From positions 1,674,001-1,738,000 of the forward strand of contig AP024665.1 in assembly GCA_024346625.1 (NCBI GenBank): 64,000 nucleotides of DNA, read 5' to 3'. How positions within the stretch are numbered: the stretch's first letter is position 1; the number at the start of each line of letters is the position of its first letter. The notes beneath the pieces are model-generated. The model was given only the letters and a program-made list of their open reading frames with translations. It was not told the DNA's origin and made no database searches. The position numbers and the translations under genes were made by a program. The stretch comes from Williopsis jadinii (taxonomy: Eukaryota). This document shows positions 45,176 to 55,353 of the stretch, piece by piece.

Positions 45176-45271
45176 GGTGGATCATACAAAAAGCTAGGAG
45201 AAAAAAAAAACAGACATCGATGAGGGCAGAGATCACCACATTAGAACCCCCCCCCCCCAGGCTACTGATAA

Positions 45272-46216
45272 ATGGTTAAAAAAGGAAAGAATAAGCATCG
45301 AATAGACTATATCCACTGTACAGTAGATGATAAACTGCTCCAAATAAGCAATAAAAGAACGTCTTCTGAGCTTTCTCTTGTCGATGTATGGTCCATAAAG
45401 ATACAACCACATGATTCGCCAAAGGTGCTAGGTTTGATACGGGATATGAGCAACGATGATCCACATCCCTTACAACATGTTAAGCGACTACAAAAACTGG
45501 AAGATGGTCTACTGACGGTGATATTGTGCAGTGTCGATTTAGCTTCACGTGAAGAAGTAGTATCGCTTCTTGGAGAAAAGGGACTTGGAATCGAAACCAT
45601 CGAGGTGAGACAAGTCCCAGCACATTGTCCACCCACAAAAGATATGGCTTTGGAATGGGGTAAACTCCATTGGCCATTGGTATGGAAGGGCAATCCAAAC
45701 GATCAGATTCTTAACGAAATGGTGTTTAACTTTGACCACATACGTTCTGATTTGCAGTTAATATGTACAAACTCTTCGAAATGTTGTGAACAGTTGCCCA
45801 TTTCCACAGTTATTGTGGATCCGCTAACCAACGCTGTCATTGCATCTTCTAATGATGAAAGGCATAGACACCCTTTAGACCATAGTGTGATGAGATGTAT
45901 CCAGTTGGTGTCTGAATATGAACAGCAGAGACGTGAAAGTATCGATGATCCTTCTGATCATCACTACCTGTGTAACAATTATCACGTTTATACGACACAT
46001 GAACCTTGTACGATGTGTGCAATGGCTTTGATCCATTCAAGAATAGCGAGGTTAATTTACCTCAAACAAAGTCCAGAGACTGGTGCGCTGGATCCTGAGT
46101 CCGGACCTGGTTACACCATCCATGATCATAAGCTCTTGAACTCCAAATTTGAAGTCTTCAAATGGATTGGAGATGAATATCAAGTCGCTGACCTGGATGA
46201 AAATGTCAATGCATAA
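45272..46216 (+). CDS. TAD3: tRNA adenosine-34 deaminase non-catalytic subunit
   Basis: LQHVKRL, HPLDHSVM (Val in place of the catalytic Glu) and THEPCTMCAMALIHSRI motifs. Confidence 0.93.
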   Translation: MVKKGKNKHRIDYIHCTVDDKLLQISNKRTSSELSLVDVWSIKIQPHDSPKVLGLIRDMSNDDPHPLQHVKRLQKLEDGLLTVILCSVDLASREEVVSLLGEKGLGIETIEVRQVPAHCPPTKDMALEWGKLHWPLVWKGNPNDQILNEMVFNFDHIRSDLQLICTNSSKCCEQLPISTVIVDPLTNAVIASSNDERHRHPLDHSVMRCIQLVSEYEQQRRESIDDPSDHHYLCNNYHVYTTHEPCTMCAMALIHSRIARLIYLKQSPETGALDPESGPGYTIHDHKLLNSKFEVFKWIGDEYQVADLDENVNA

Positions 46217-46229
46217 TAGTAGATTCCAT

Positions 46230-46709
46230 TCATTCCTGTAGAGATTCGAACTTCTCAAGCAATTCAATAAGACGGCTTAAGCTCTCCTTGTCAATACATT
46301 CACTCTTGGGTATGGCAACATTCTCCAACTCTGCCAATAGATCTTCTAGTGACCGTTGCTCTTTCGAAACTTCCAGTTCTAAGGATTCGATCTCCTTGTC
46401 CAGTAATTTCGAAACATCGTCTAATCTCACGACTATATCATCGGTGTCAGCTTTGGCCGTCTTGTTCTTTGCTAACTCTTCTTCAGAGATTTTGATCCGC
46501 TTGGCTTCGTCATTCGAAATCTGTTGAACAACGGCATTGACTCTATCGAGCCTTCTCAAATACCTTCTCTTCAAAGTCTTGTGAAACTCCTGTACCATCT
46601 CATCTGGGGCGTTGTTGAAGTTCTTGCTGAACTTTCCCTCTGGGAACAGCTCGTCGAAATCAAGCCTCTCAAGAAGGAAAGCCGTAAGAACCTCAGCTTC
46701 AGAAACCAT
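46230..46709 (-). CDS. NKP2: Probable kinetochore protein Nkp2/Cnl2
   Basis: SE..VL..FLL N-terminus followed by a coiled coil. Convergent with TAD3 as in S. cerevisiae. Confidence 0.65.
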   Translation of the reverse strand: MVSEAEVLTAFLLERLDFDELFPEGKFSKNFNNAPDEMVQEFHKTLKRRYLRRLDRVNAVVQQISNDEAKRIKISEEELAKNKTAKADTDDIVVRLDDVSKLLDKEIESLELEVSKEQRSLEDLLAELENVAIPKSECIDKESLSRLIELLEKFESLQE

Positions 46710-46883
46710 TGTTACTTCGAACGTTTATTTATGTCCAATTTGTGTTTCCTTATGAGACGCGAAACGGTTGCAAGGTACACAAAAGACGCGGTAAAACTAC
46801 ATTTTGATGTCTTTTTGGATGAAAAAAATATCAACATACGTGCCTGACCCATTAATCTCATAGAGAACAGAAAAGAGAATTGT

Positions 46884-47906
46884 TTAACGAATATCTAAGT
46901 CCTCATATCTCTTTCTATAACTTCTTCTCTTATGAGAGCCTTCGTCTCCTTTCATGGATTCTCTCTTCAATCTTCTGATGTTTCTCTCTCTTTCCATTTC
47001 TCTCTTTTCAATTTCCCATGTAGATAATTCTTCAACGCTTGGAGTCCATCCGGCACCTAGGGTTTCGTGGTCTAATCTGATACCAGCTTCAAATCCAAAC
47101 GCAGACTGGTTGAGGACCTCCTGAGGCAAGCGTCCATCTATACAATCCTTTTTCAACTTGAGTATGGTTTCGTGTAAAGTGTGTGCAATTGCCGGGAGGA
47201 ACTCTAGAGGGAGTCCCATATCCTTGACCACGTATTCTGCAAATACCTCTGGCGTTACACGCTCACTTGTCAAATCCCATTCGAACTTGTCCTCGTATAA
47301 GTTCTTGTCCAGGTTACATGACATGTTAATTATCACATGGATATCTATATCCTTTGGCAATTGTATCGTCACGAGATTCGTATATTCTTCAACTTGTGAT
47401 TTGATGGAGGATGCAATTTGCTGCTGAATGGACGTTGGTAAGTCCATGTCCTGTCCTGTTATTTGGGCAAAGTGCTCTGGGGTTATCAGAGATTCGTTCA
47501 AGTTCCACATGAAGAAGTCCACTATTCTGTTGGAGTTGTATTCCAGGTCGATTCGGATCGGAATCATAAACTCTTCATTTTGAGCATTCATTATTAGATC
47601 ATTCTCAGAGAATTGTACATGTCTCGTTTTTACTGCCAGTTTACCAACGTTCTGGGTCTGCCCATTGTTCGATGTGCCACCGTTGCTCAATCCGCCATGC
47701 CCATACGAGCGATAGCTGCCAGTTTCAAAGTTACCGTCGTTATCATCGTCAAAGTTTAGATCTTCAACTTCTGCATAATTAACAACGGTCTTCGTTCTCT
47801 TTGTCGATCTCGTAGGAACAGCCTCGATGTAAAGAGCAGTCTGCTCGTTTCTCACTCGGTTCTGGAACGAAGTCGATAAGGCTTGTGGTGCAATCGGTCT
47901 CTCCAT
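46884..47906 (-). CDS. SFH1: RSC complex subunit Sfh1 (Snf5 family)
   Basis: IPIRIDLE, DFFMWNLNESLITPEHFA, YEDKFEWDL and ERERNIRRLKRE motifs. Confidence 0.93.
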   Translation of the reverse strand: MERPIAPQALSTSFQNRVRNEQTALYIEAVPTRSTKRTKTVVNYAEVEDLNFDDDNDGNFETGSYRSYGHGGLSNGGTSNNGQTQNVGKLAVKTRHVQFSENDLIMNAQNEEFMIPIRIDLEYNSNRIVDFFMWNLNESLITPEHFAQITGQDMDLPTSIQQQIASSIKSQVEEYTNLVTIQLPKDIDIHVIINMSCNLDKNLYEDKFEWDLTSERVTPEVFAEYVVKDMGLPLEFLPAIAHTLHETILKLKKDCIDGRLPQEVLNQSAFGFEAGIRLDHETLGAGWTPSVEELSTWEIEKREMERERNIRRLKRESMKGDEGSHKRRSYRKRYEDLDIR

Positions 47907-48245
47907 TGTTGTTCCTCTTATTCTTCCTTGTTTACATATTCGATTGGGTGGGAAATCCTTTTGAATTTTGCCCTAATTTGTCGGAAGCTGATCATTGCAG
48001 CGTAAATATCAGAATGGAACAGTCACACGTGTAAATCCCAGCACGGAAAGTTATTCTCGCTTACGTAACAAGAAGGTTGTTAATTCCGCCATGTGTCGTG
48101 TCTTTTTTCCTAATTTTTTTGCTGTGCAGTGTTTTCGTTCGACGTTTTTCCTGCCCTTTTGAAAGAAAAATTTTTTCCATCTTTCACTTTCTTTCTTCTT
48201 CTACTCTTTTCGACCTTTCTTCTTTTAACCAACTTAACTGAAAAA

Positions 48246-49222
48246 ATGTCCTTCACCGATTTCTCTAAGGCTGATACTTTGAAGCAATTGAACACTCTCT
48301 TGAACGAGAAGTCCTACGTTGCTGGGTAAGTTACATAAATGTGTTTTTGGAAGGTTAAAATTAGATTCTCTTCAATCATCTTCTTTGGCCCTATTTTTTC
48401 TCTCGCTTCCACGAGGAAAAGAAAGAGATCCTATAACGATGTCTCTTGTTGATGACGACGACGCTTAACTCATTTCCTTTCTCTTTTAATGATGATCCAA
48501 TTGGTCCATGTTTATGAGGTGGACTCAAGACCCACTGCATGAGTATCAAACCCATTCAAGATTCACTTTCCTGACAATTTGAGATTGGAACTGTTTTATT
48601 CGTCCATTGTATTAATTCTTCTCTTTGCCTTCCCCTTCTATGTGTTCTCTTATACTAACATATAAACTGCAGTACTGAGGCTACCCAAGCTGATGTTACT
48701 ACCTACAAGGCTTTCCAAAAGGAGTACCCAGCTTTGACCAGATGGTTGAACCACATTGCCTCATTCTCTGAGGACTTCGAGTCCTTGCCAGCTGGTGAGG
48801 CTCCAGCTGCTGCTGCTGCTGCTGAGGAGGATGACGACGACGTTGACCTCTTCGGTTCCGACGATGATGAAGTTGATGAGGAGGCTGAGAAGTTGAAACA
48901 ACAAAGATTGGCTGAGTACGCTGCTAAGAAGGCTGCTAAGGGTCCAAAGCCAGCTGCTAAGTCCATTGTCACTTTGGATGTTAAGCCATGGGATGACGAG
49001 ACTGATTTGGAAGAGTTGTTGGCCAACGTCAAGGCTATCGAGATGGATGGTTTGACCTGGGGTGCTCACCAATGGATTCCAGTTGGTTTCGGTATCAAGA
49101 AGTTGCAAATCAACCTTGTCATTGAGGATGCTAAGATCTCTTTGGATGAGTTGCAACAGCAAATTGAGGAGGATGAGGACCACGTCCAATCCACCGATAT
49201 TGCCGCTATGCAAAAGTTGTAA
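48246..49222 (+). CDS. EFB1: Translation elongation factor 1-beta; exon1 48246-48325, intron 48326-48672
   Basis: Splicing gives KSYVAG/TEATQADV. Motifs DVDLFGSD, AKSIVTLDVKPWDDE and HVQSTDIAAMQKL. The intron is GTAAGT...TACTAAC...CAG. Confidence 0.97.
48486..48576 (+). ncRNA. SNR18: Box C/D snoRNA snR18 (U18) in the EFB1 intron
   Basis: C box ATGATGA (48489), guide TTGGTCCATGTTT (48501-48513) nearly complementary to 25S AAACACGGACCAA, D' ATGA and D box CTGA (48571). The host gene matches S. cerevisiae. Confidence 0.85.
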
Positions 49223-49422
49223 GCAGGTCTTCCCCTTTGATCTTTTGTCTGTATTATCTCTCTTTATTGTTGTTTAAAGGGTTATAATATATACCTTTTA
49301 TCTAATGTACTTATTCAAGGTTATGTTATGAAGAATATGGCATTAATGTATTATGAATTCTTAAAATATGTACACTGTATGTTTTTTGTTGCTCGTGTCG
49401 TATAGAATGGCTATTAATATTT

Positions 49423-51341
49423 TCACACAACGAGAAAGTCAATACCAGACCCATACCACTCTTTACCTGCAAGTACTTCCTCCCAAGTTTTACCAGTTTC
49501 CCAACACTCTGTCGCTATCGCTTTGATTGAAGTTACTGTACCCATGTTGATCGTGCTATGTAACTTGTCAAGCAATTGTCCAACTCTTGAACGTTGATAC
49601 TCAGTAGTAGACGCACATGCAATGGCAAAGATTGGCCAAATAGTCTGGGTAATCTGTGGTGATGAGGTCTCCATGGATGAATAAACTTCGATAAACTCGT
49701 TCACCATGGCCTTCACAGTCACCTGGTCATCTGGCTTCACTAACTTGTAAAGGTTTACAAGAACTGCAAGAGCCCAACATTGTGCACACTTCAATCTCTT
49801 GTAATTCTCTAGCTCAGAAATGTCCTCTTGATAGATCACATAGTCTCTATAACTCAATAGATCATACTTCAGAGCGTTGAATTTGTTCTCGGTACTTAGA
49901 TCAACAATGTTATAATTGTCCTTCATCTCTTTCCTTAACCTGCAAAATCTTGACACTGTTCTCATTATCTCTCCAGGACATCCCATAAGTTTGATAAGTG
50001 ACTTTGGTGAGTTCTTCATACCATACCAATTCTCATCGCAGTACGGAAGTCTGCAATCTGGCGAAACAAGCGCAGCAATGGTATCAAACCAGGAAAGGTT
50101 AGCGATTAAAGTGGAACTCTCCTCTATTTGATCCAAATATGGTTTGAAAGAGGCATCCTTCACAATTGCAGCAAACAACTCGCTAAAGTTACGCACCAGA
50201 GCCGACCTTCCAGATTCAACAACACTAAATAGAAAATGAATATGAATAAGAAGCAAAATGACAAAGAAATTGGATCTTCTCTTTTCAATTGGCTGTTTCT
50301 TCAAATTGCTGATAATCTTTGGGACGTCTAGAGTATCCTCATCCCCTTCGGAGTCCTCACTTTTACCCTTCAGGTATTGGATCAGATATTCCAAGGTGTT
50401 GTTAACATAAACCATACCAGTTCTATAAAATTCTTGGACACCTTTTGTCTCATAGATGTGGATACATGCTAAAGCAATGAAGCAACTTTTGGCAATCTCA
50501 AAATCACAATACTTCAAAGCAAGCTGGGGCCATGGGGTACTTGGGTGTGCATCTAAGAGTGGTAACAGTCTCTTAAAGAAATGCTTGATCATCATATTTT
50601 CCTCATAGTCAGTCATCTTTGTCCCAGATGCACCATTACCATTGGCTGAAATGTCAGGTTGGTTACCATCTCGTACATCATCAAGATGGTCAAGATGAGA
50701 CATCAAGTCCGTGCGCTGTAAGTTATCGATAAATGATGGAATTTGCTCATCAGCAACACCAGAGGGGAAAAGGTCATGGAAAATGTGGAACTCATCGGCA
50801 ATCTTGATCCTGGAAGGTTCAAAATGGTTAACATTGACGTTGACATTGTTGAGCAAAACACTAGGGTTCACATTTTCATTCGTAACTGATGCTATAGATG
50901 TACTCGTTGGAGACTCCGTTTTTGTAGACTCTGAAATGTATGGAGTAAGTTTCCTTTTTTTCGTATCATCCTTGAGCTCTTCAGCTCTTAACTCTCTCTT
51001 CGAAAGACTCTCTTTGAGTCGTGGTCTACCTCTGAATCCGTGAATCACTTCACCTTTTGAGTTCACTTTGGGTTCTTTACTATTTCTGCTATCATCAACA
51101 TCAAATGAGAGCTTCAACCCATACCCTTCACATTTTCTTCCTGCTTTGATGCAGTTATTACATTCTGGCTTTCCTTCATCGCATTTTCTACGCCTATGTT
51201 GGAAAGAGTGTAAGTTAGTACACGAGAATTCGTGATGTAAAGACAGCCCCCCGCACCATAACGCTCATACCTTTTTTTGCATGTCCAACATCCAGTTCTG
51301 ACTCTTTTGATCTTCGAAGCTTGATCAGTTGCATCAGCCAT
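49423..51341 (-). CDS. Zn(II)2Cys6 transcription factor (Uga3-like, fungal-specific TF domain); exon1 51341-51271, intron 51270-51194
   Basis: Splicing GTATGA...TACTAAC...TAG builds GCWTCKKRRRKCDEGKPECNNCIKAGRKCEGYG in frame with the 564-aa ORF. Confidence 0.9.
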
Positions 51342-51580
51342 GGTTGGATCTCTTGTCTGTTTGATGAATAAATCGCCAGATTGAAAATATGACACAAAAT
51401 GAAAATATTTTGTACTCGACCTATTTTATTGAAAACTCCCCGGCCTGATGGGGTCTGCCCTTTTGAGAATGGATGTTTTTACCCTAATCGGTTAATATTT
51501 CCCAGTAGCATGCATTTGTGTAGGAAAGATATTTTCACAACGGGAAGTCAAAGCAGCGCTCCACAAATCACTACGTCCTA

Positions 51581-52626
51581 ATTAGAATTAGGATAATAGT
51601 AATAAAAATAGCAAACCGGTCTTGAGATTTTCCCAAATTACACCAAACTGTAGTTAATACTGGAACTAAGAGGTATACAAAGCATGAAGATGTAATCTTC
51701 TATACAGTTTTAGATATAACAATTCAGAGTTTGTGTGGTCTAATCAAGAAAGACGCATACATTTGCTTATATCACAACCACATAAAGTTGAGGAACTTTA
51801 AGACTACCGCACACTAGAACTGATTTCTATCATCCTACATTTCAACTTTTAACTTGATTGAATCAGTGGCTCCTTAACAATAACTCAGGACGTGTTGCTC
51901 TACATATATTATTCTGGTTCTTGGTTGCCCCAGCAATAGTAAAAATGTTAGGATGTTTCCAATTCTTATAGGCATTGCTTACATTTTGAATTCTTATCAA
52001 CACAAAATGACACAAAACCAAGACAGTCTCATACACAAATACCTAAAGTTCGAAAGATAACAGAAGAAGGTCAGGAACAAAACATGAGACAACAAAAGCA
52101 GAAGCCTTAGAGGACAACTAAGGAAAGGACCAAGGACTCTTCATGAAACTTTCCAACGACGTCCTCAACCTGAAGAAGAAACATCAGCGGCTAATCCACA
52201 ACCACAGCTGCAACTTCAAACACATGGAGGTACGACACAACGAGAAGACACACTAATTATTGAGACAGACTAACTGGCCTGCTATGAGAACAAGATACGG
52301 GACCAAGAAACCTCCAAGTTCTGTCACAGCATACCCTTCCAGAGATCACAACTTACAACAACAGCGGGACTTAGATTAGTATCATTCTCACATGTCCATA
52401 TCATACACACGCTTGTGACAACATATACGAACTCTTACGCTACCGTTTTAGAAGATTCTTTAGGCGTTGATTTCGTTATTTTCAAAATCATCATTTTATT
52501 AACGAGGGACCAAGCATTAAAGTCAATAACCCGACCGGCGACGCAGCGTAAGTTGGTCCTCTGAAGGTAACGTTGATTCGAGGTATACCGGAGCATTGGC
52601 GAAGGAGCAAATCGTGTTCACCGTAC
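51581..52626 (+). repeat. Left arm of the large inverted repeat (internally deleted Helitron-like relic)
   Basis: It is the reverse complement of 57435-~56680 joined to ~55610-55354. Examples: GAATTCTTATCAAC, AAAGTTCGAAAGATAACAGAAGAA, CTAACTGGCCTGCTATGAGAACAAGATAC and a 122-bp identical block. Confidence 0.95.
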
Positions 52627-54918
52627 AGAAGCACTACAGATCAAACTTATACATTATAGCCTCTCTTACTGAACATATAGTCATGTTCATCTGAAATTTC
52701 TTTGAAACCAATATGTTCTTAAAGATGTTGTACCCCACATTAAAAACACGTCACCAAATTTCAAATGACAGTTAGACATATAACGCCAACTTATGATGAA
52801 TGATGAATATTAGGATCATATATTACTACTGCTCAGGATTTCTCAAACAATATTTTACATAGAGAAAGGAAAGTTCAAGCAGAAAACACACAGAGACACA
52901 CACATACTCCAACAAAGAAGCTAAATACAGAACAAATTTGGACAACGTAAAAAACATGAACATGAAAAGAAAATATTGTCATATGGTAAATCGGTGAGCT
53001 TTCCTTCTTGCATTTTTACATTTTCTGTTATGTTCTTCACCTTTTGAGAAATTTTAAAGCCTCTGTTTTATTGAACTGAGGTTGTACGTTCAAAGATAAG
53101 TTCGACTTGAAATTGTCTTCCATTTACGTTAATCCTCATACCACCCACTTATATGTCCATCACAATTCAGCAATACCTAACTCGAAAGAACACCATACTT
53201 TGAAATCCTTCTTCATTGATTCTTGTAATGTAAACCTCTTATATATGTTTGTGGTTCCCAGCTGAAATTTAGTGAAAAATGGTCTCTCTTGATGCTGATA
53301 TAGAGTACTTGAAATTAATATACATAACACCAAGGCAACAACAAAAGAGCCTGAGAACCATACTAAATCTAGATTGCATTATGCGCTCTACTATTGAAAA
53401 TAGCTTACGGATAAACAAATTCCACTAAAGTCTTTTTTTGATTTTGTTTTTCGTTTTCAAAATACCAATATCTTTAATTCTTCGCAATTAACTACAAAAT
53501 AAATTACTTTATTTCAACCATCTTTTCCCTTGATACTATTTTATTGTTATCTTTGCTCAGCTATTTAGATGTCTCTTTTTTATTAAAGATAGTCCACCTA
53601 TGGTTTCCATGATATAGAAAACAAAACTCACCTTGTTCGTATCCTTAATAAATATTGCGTATAACTTTATAGGGAAACACGACAAAATATTGAAAACAGA
53701 TTGCAGGTCTGAGTAAGTGCACATTAAAAGAATTCATTAAAGTTACAAAACTGGCTCTCAGCTTGAAATGTTGGTCATCTAATCAGAGAAAAGATGACCT
53801 ACGTAACCCAGTGTCCCAAATATACAAAGTGATCCCAATATACTATTCGAATTTACTTCATTACAGACAAGTTTAATTCAGAATCACCAAACCCACATAA
53901 AAATGCTAAATTATTTTTAAATCCTAAAAGAAATGTTCTTAATATTGGTTCTCATATTACTCGGACTTTCACTATTTAATGATAACGATGGTTCCCTATT
54001 GATTAATCTTTCACTCAAACATATTTAGCTTTCAGAGCAGTAAAACATCCTAATCCATCACGAATTATGATATGCCAATAATAAAGTATTACTTTCTTCA
54101 TCCCCATATGCTGTTGCACTTTTAAAAAACAAATTACAAGAGAACACTCATCCTAATAAAATTTATTTTTTTGGTAAACAGTGCCTTCATTTATATATAA
54201 TACTTTCGAGGTAATAAAAGTACAAACAATTACGAAGTATTCTTAAAATAACTGCGAAAACCCCATTGGCGCTTAAACATAGCAACCTGGGATGTTTAGA
54301 ATCAGCTTTTCCATCTTGCACATTTTATGTTCAAACCATCATTCCAAATTTCTGTATACAATCACTATTAAAAGCTTCTGGTTGCCAATTGATTACATAC
54401 AAATCCTTTAATTATGTTTTCTTGCTCAATGATCGAAAACTCTGATATAGAGTAACTTTTCTTTTTATTTATATTGAGAGAGCAGACTTGATTTGTTTGA
54501 TTGTTTGTATCAGTTCATTAGGTTGCCTCTATTTTTTGTCAGGTTCCCATGTATGATTCAATTTTGTTTTATGATCTTGGATTTCTGGTCGTGAAATTTT
54601 ATTGTGGACATAATAAACTGGAACTCAATTTAAAGTGAGGATAAATTGAGAAACTGCTGTCTTCGAAAAAAGAAAAATCAAAAAAAACTACACTCTATAA
54701 CAAGGTATTCCTTTTCAATACAAAGGCCGATAATAGCTAGGTTTGAATAAGCAGTTCTCAAGATCAATGGACCTTAATAGAAAAAAAGCAAAGAGTAAGT
54801 AGGACCAAAATATTTCAGAAAAGATTTCAAAGAAATTGAGCTTTTCAAATTAGTTTGGAATTCATTAATGGCTGGGGTGATCGTTGGGTCTATTGTGTTT
54901 GTGTTTTTGTATTTTTTT

Positions 54919-55017
<99 letters not shown>

Positions 55018-55353
55018 GCTTTTTTTGTTTGCTTTTTAGTGTTATTCTTTGGTTATACCAATGGAAAACAGCGATATGCTATTAATTATTGGTTATAGCA
55101 AAGGTCAATGGTGAGGATAAAAGAAGGTTTTATCGAAAATAAATATGTGAAAAGTAAATGGTTAGCAAAAATCGAATTAAACCAAGGTGTTTGTTCTGTG
55201 GTATATCAACTACCATTGTATTTATGTTGTTCCTGATTAGTATCCCGCTCTTGTGATACCATGAATCTTAGATTGTGTTAATATTCATTAAATCTTAAAT
55301 CTTTCTGAAGGTTTAATTCAGTTATCACAATTATTCTGTTTGTTTTAAAAAAC
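52627..55353. other. AT-rich ORF-free central core of a putative regional centromere
   Basis: No credible ORF, visibly the most AT-rich multi-kb stretch of the window, enclosed by the inverted repeat, and at a centromere-syntenic position. Confidence 0.75.
54920..55016 (+). repeat. 97-nt poly(T) homopolymer with T-rich flanks
   Basis: Counted directly. The length may be uncertain in the assembly. Confidence 0.9.

Noticed and set aside
54855..55098. Poly-Phe ORFs
   Set aside because: These are translation artefacts of the poly(T) tract.
52627..55353. Point centromere (CDEI-CDEII-CDEIII)
   Set aside because: I found no RTCACRTG followed by an AT-rich spacer and a CCG-containing CDEIII motif in the core.
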